Positions 60,225 through 64,000 of a stretch of 64,000 nt of DNA are shown here, piece after piece. This DNA is from Amoebophrya sp. A120 (taxonomy: Eukaryota; Protista; Dinoflagellata), in contig CAJINV010000012.1 in the NCBI GenBank assembly GCA_905178155.1, positions 2,134,166-2,198,165 on the forward strand. The letters are read 5' to 3'. Each line of letters opens with the position of its first letter. The stretch's first letter is position 1. The position numbers were made by a program, and so were the translations under genes. Under the pieces are notes generated by a model, which saw only the letters and a program-made list of their open reading frames with translations, made no database searches and had not been told where the DNA came from.

Positions 60225-62945
60225 CAGCCCGTAGCAGAGCTATGAGCTTCTCATCTGTCACGTTTAGCTCTCATCAAGCCGCAAGACGTCATCGCCCCCC
60301 GGCCGTTTCTGCATTTTTCCGCAGTTATTTATATCTTGCCCACTCACATAGAAAACAAGTAGCTCTCGAACTTCAGCTCAAATTGTTGCCAGTCCGAGGT
60401 CAATCTTTGCTAACGCGGTTTGCTCGCGAGTCTATCACTCAAGGGCGAGAACAACCCGCACAAATAAATCAGTGTCGTAGAGATGGGGGGGCACCGAACC
60501 ACTTCCCTTACCGCGGGTACCCGCGCCTTGTAGGAAGCACACAGAAAAAGATCTGTGCCACCGGGATCTGTCTCGGGGAATTAACTGCATCACTAAGCTC
60601 GACGGGCACTGGCTAGACAGGGGCGCGCGGCCACGTACTTGGCTGCCTGCCCCCAGGGCGAACGGCGCGCCATCAATCAGCAAGCACCACACCGACCACG
60701 GAAGTACGGCACCCGGCCGGCCGCCCGACGAATAGCCGGCCCACAATTGCGGCGCGACGGGCTGCAGGTGCGTGGGTGCCCCGCGCGGGCCGGCAGAGCA
60801 CAGCAGCGCTGGGCGGGGCGGCAGTCCCCATAATGGCAACACAGCCCGCCGGGGGCTGGTGCGGGGCCCGTAAGCCATTCCAGCTGCGAAGGTGCTGGCA
60901 CGCACTTCGCCACAACCCGCCCGGCCGCCGGGCGGGGGGGCGGGCCTTCAAACGGCCGGCGGCTTTGCCGCTTTACAGAGCGCGCCAGGCTCGCCGAGGG
61001 CTAGCAGCCGCGCGGGCGGGGGAAGACGGGCGACCGCGCCCCTCTTCTTCTTGGCGCGCGATGTTCCTCGCTCAGCGCTTTCCGGTTTGGCTTTTGCGTT
61101 TGAACACACAGGCTTTCAGCAGTGCGAAACGGGTAGAGACAAGCGCGAAAAAGGGTGCGTTTTGAGCTAGATAGAGTCGCAACGAGGCTGCTCGAGCTGG
61201 TCTCCTGCCCCGCGTGTTGTTCCAGCTGGCCAACCCGCCGCCTGAAGCCGCGCTGGCTCCCTCGCCATCGTGAACCGCGCGCAGCGTACTATACTGCATC
61301 GGCCCCGTCAACAATACGACCCGCGGACCGGGCAATCTCTTCACAAACCCGAACGATACCACTGCGGGGCCAAGATACCACCGGCGTGCGCCAAGATCCA
61401 CGCCATAGGAAATAGACGTAGAATACGGACACGGAGATACCTACTTATATTTTCTGTTGCTATCATTAATTCGACGTTGCGAGCAAACACACCTCAACCT
61501 CTCAATTTGAAATCGCAACAAAAACTCTCATAGCATAGGGTAGCAGAGCTTGAGCTTCTAATCTGTTGTGTTACGTTTAGCTCTCATCAAGCCGCAAGAA
61601 GTCATCGCTCCCCGGCCGTTTCTGCATTTTTCGTAGGTTTCCATCTTTCCCACACAGACAAGTAGCTCTCGAATTTCAACTCAAATTGTTGCCACTACAA
61701 AGTCAATCTTAATCTTTGCTCAAGCGGTTTGGTTGCGAATCAAGGACACGAACAACAACAGGCCACGGCTGGCATCAATTAAATCGGCGTCGGCGTTTTG
61801 TTTTGAGGTGGCACCAAGGCACCTGCTGTGCTTACCCCGGGCACCCGCGCCAGACAGGAAACACGCCGCGGAATCTGCTTCGGCGGAGTAGCTGCGCGCA
61901 CAGCCCACATAACACACACGAGAGAGGCACGGCTGCGCGCTTGGTTGCCCACCCTTAAAGTGCACGGCGCGCCAGCAATCACCAACACACACACACTCGC
62001 CCGCCAATATGCCCACAGAGAAGATCGGCGCGCCGGGCTACAGGCTTGCTAACCCGACGTGAGCCAGAGGAGCAGCGACGCGCGCGCAAACCATTACCAA
62101 GAAAATCCAAATTTGCGGGGGGCCCCTAAAGGCCGCGGGTACTGTACAACGAGGCTGGCGGCGCACACCAACCGCGCCGCCCCAACCCACCCTCCCTCGC
62201 TTGGCCTCTTCGATCGGCGCAAAGCAGACTGGCAGAAGTGGCGGGGGCGCGCGGGGGTCGCGGGCGCGCGCCCGTTTCGCCCCGGCAGGAATGGGACTGG
62301 GCGCGCAGAACCCCGGCCCTTTGTAATGTACAAACTAACCCGCCGGCGCCCGCGGCGCGACAGGCGGGGGGGCCCGGCGGCCCATGTTTCACGGCCTCGG
62401 GGCCTCGGCGATAGAACAAGCAGGAAGCGCGCGGGACTGACTGGCCGGCCCGGGCCTGGCCATGGTCTTTTCCTCCCTTGTCCTCCTTGTTCTTGCTGGT
62501 ACTTAGGAGGCGGAACCGGCGCCGGGCGCTGTCAGACCTGTCGCCCCCGCGGGGGGGCGAGCGGGGGCAGGGGCAAAAGGCACGCCACGGGCTGCCCAGC
62601 GACTTGTCCTCAGCCTTGCCTTCGGGCTGATCAACCTGCTAGCCCCCACAAACAACCCACCGCCGTCGGCCGCGCTCGGGCGGTGTCTGCGGCATTGACC
62701 TCCTTGAATAAGGGGCCCGACAATACCATACGAGCCGCGGGCCCGGCCAGCTCACTAAGCCAAACGACGCCTCTGCTGCGACCCAAGCCCCATTCTTGTT
62801 CGCCAAGTCGTGGCCGTTGGGCGCGGAGCTGCGCGCCATGGCAAAGAAGCGAAGCACTGCAGCTTATTTCATACATTACTTAATTTTTTGGCGTTGCGAC
62901 TGCAAGCAGACACGCCTCGGCCTCTCAATTTGAAATCGCAACTCT
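60225..62945. repeat. Tandem duplication of a 1.3-1.4 kb noncoding unit, each copy with a GC-rich core
   Basis: 60240-60410 matches 61550-61720 (ACGTTTAGCTCTCATCAAGCCGCAAGA..CCGGCCGTTTCTGCATTTTT..ACAAGTAGCTCTCGAA); 61475-61520 matches 62890-62943 (CCTCTCAATTTGAAATCGCAAC). Confidence 0.8.
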
Positions 62946-64000
62946 CCAGCCTTTCCCTCGGTTCTCAATGCTTGTTCTCTCAATCACTTCTTCCTCTCGA
63001 AGTTCACCCTCACACCCCACAAGCAAGTTTGCTTAGGGAAAGAGCCCTCACTAACTCGGGACCAAAGACGAGCCGACCCTTCCTTCAATTCACGGCAGGC
63101 GAGAACATTCGCAGAAGAATGTCGACGACGAGCAGAGGTCTAGCATGTATCTTGCGTTTCTAATCTGGAAAAGCAAGCCTTTCTTTCATCTCACATGTCC
63201 TTTTAGTTGTTCTACGTAGTAGCAAAGCCTTAGCTTCAACATCGCCTGGCGCGACTACGCCGATGCTCAAGAATGTTTCTTTCTAGGCCTAGGCTGGTGG
63301 TGAAGTCTTTATTCCAAATAGTGTACATCCTCGTTCTGTTTCGTATTTGTAACAAAACAAAACAGAAGGGCAGAGGATCGGGATTCATTTTTCAGTACTC
63401 TTGTCTCGACTCTTTTTGCATTTCTTTGGCAAAATATCGATATGCTATCTCCAGAGGTACTAGTGCTGGTAGGAGATAAATACGCTGTGAAAACTTCCCA
63501 CGCCCGGATGTGCCTCATCTGTCCGGCAGCTCGGAAAGTCTGCGGCTAGAGGCAAAACCACAGCGCCAGGTCTATGACAAGCACAAGTATGATATCCACT
63601 TCTCTAGAAGTAGCTCCTATCTCTGTATTGTATTTCCAAAAGTAACTTCGAGTAGATATTATATTCCGCAAAATGTTGAAAAGAAGACTTCAGAGCCTAC
63701 CAGGAGTGCTGTCCGCTCCATCTTGGATAGATTATCTATATCTGCTTCTTTGTTCGTCCACTGAATCTGTTGAAACTGATAAAAGTCTGTTCCTGCTTCA
63801 ATAAAAAATTACATGATGAGCCTCCAAATGACACGGCTACTGTTTTCGTCTCTGCCGCGTCACAACTCCTCCCAAATCCAAGTGTACGATTCTCCACCTC
63901 CGCTTCAAAACACAACTCACGCCCGCCCCTGCGTCGCGATGTAGCAGTCGGTTAATTCCGCTAATTCTTTTGCGATCGCCTCCTGCTCCGGGTTCAAAAT

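Noticed and set aside
1-64000. Dinoflagellate spliced-leader relics, tRNA, rRNA or snRNA genes
   Set aside because: No match recognised by eye; a covariance-model search would be needed to exclude divergent snRNAs.

Overview
Eukaryotic genomic DNA. Its architecture best matches the parasitic dinoflagellate relative Amoebophrya (Syndiniales); this assignment is inference from gene structure. About 13 protein-coding genes lie head-to-tail, all on the minus strand: an M64-like metallopeptidase, an ERI1-type exonuclease, a PITH protein, a chalcone-isomerase-fold/PH/TM protein, two secreted proteins, a giant Sfi1-like coiled-coil protein, an SRSF10/SCL-like SR protein, SmD2, a TPR protein and hypotheticals. 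The dominant feature is 51 complete (plus 1 partial) 109-308 bp elements in at least 11 sequence families (one is expanded to 1.9 kb by a nested transposon). Each has TAT...ATA ends (one ends GTA), terminal inverted repeats and a 5-bp target-site direct repeat. They interrupt coding exons in both orientations, and removing the element plus one repeat copy restores the reading frame at the junctions I translated, so they behave as non-canonical (non-GT-AG) introner introns alongside ordinary GT-AG introns. Further observations: direct-repeat mismatches are polarised by transcription direction; a GCAT[GCT]ACAA motif recurs across families and in some GT-AG introns; a PIF/Harbinger-like element is nested in one introner; GC-rich islands lie upstream of genes; and a tandem duplication shows the GC-rich core diverging much faster than its flanks. 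Coordinates were counted by hand and may be off by a few bases.
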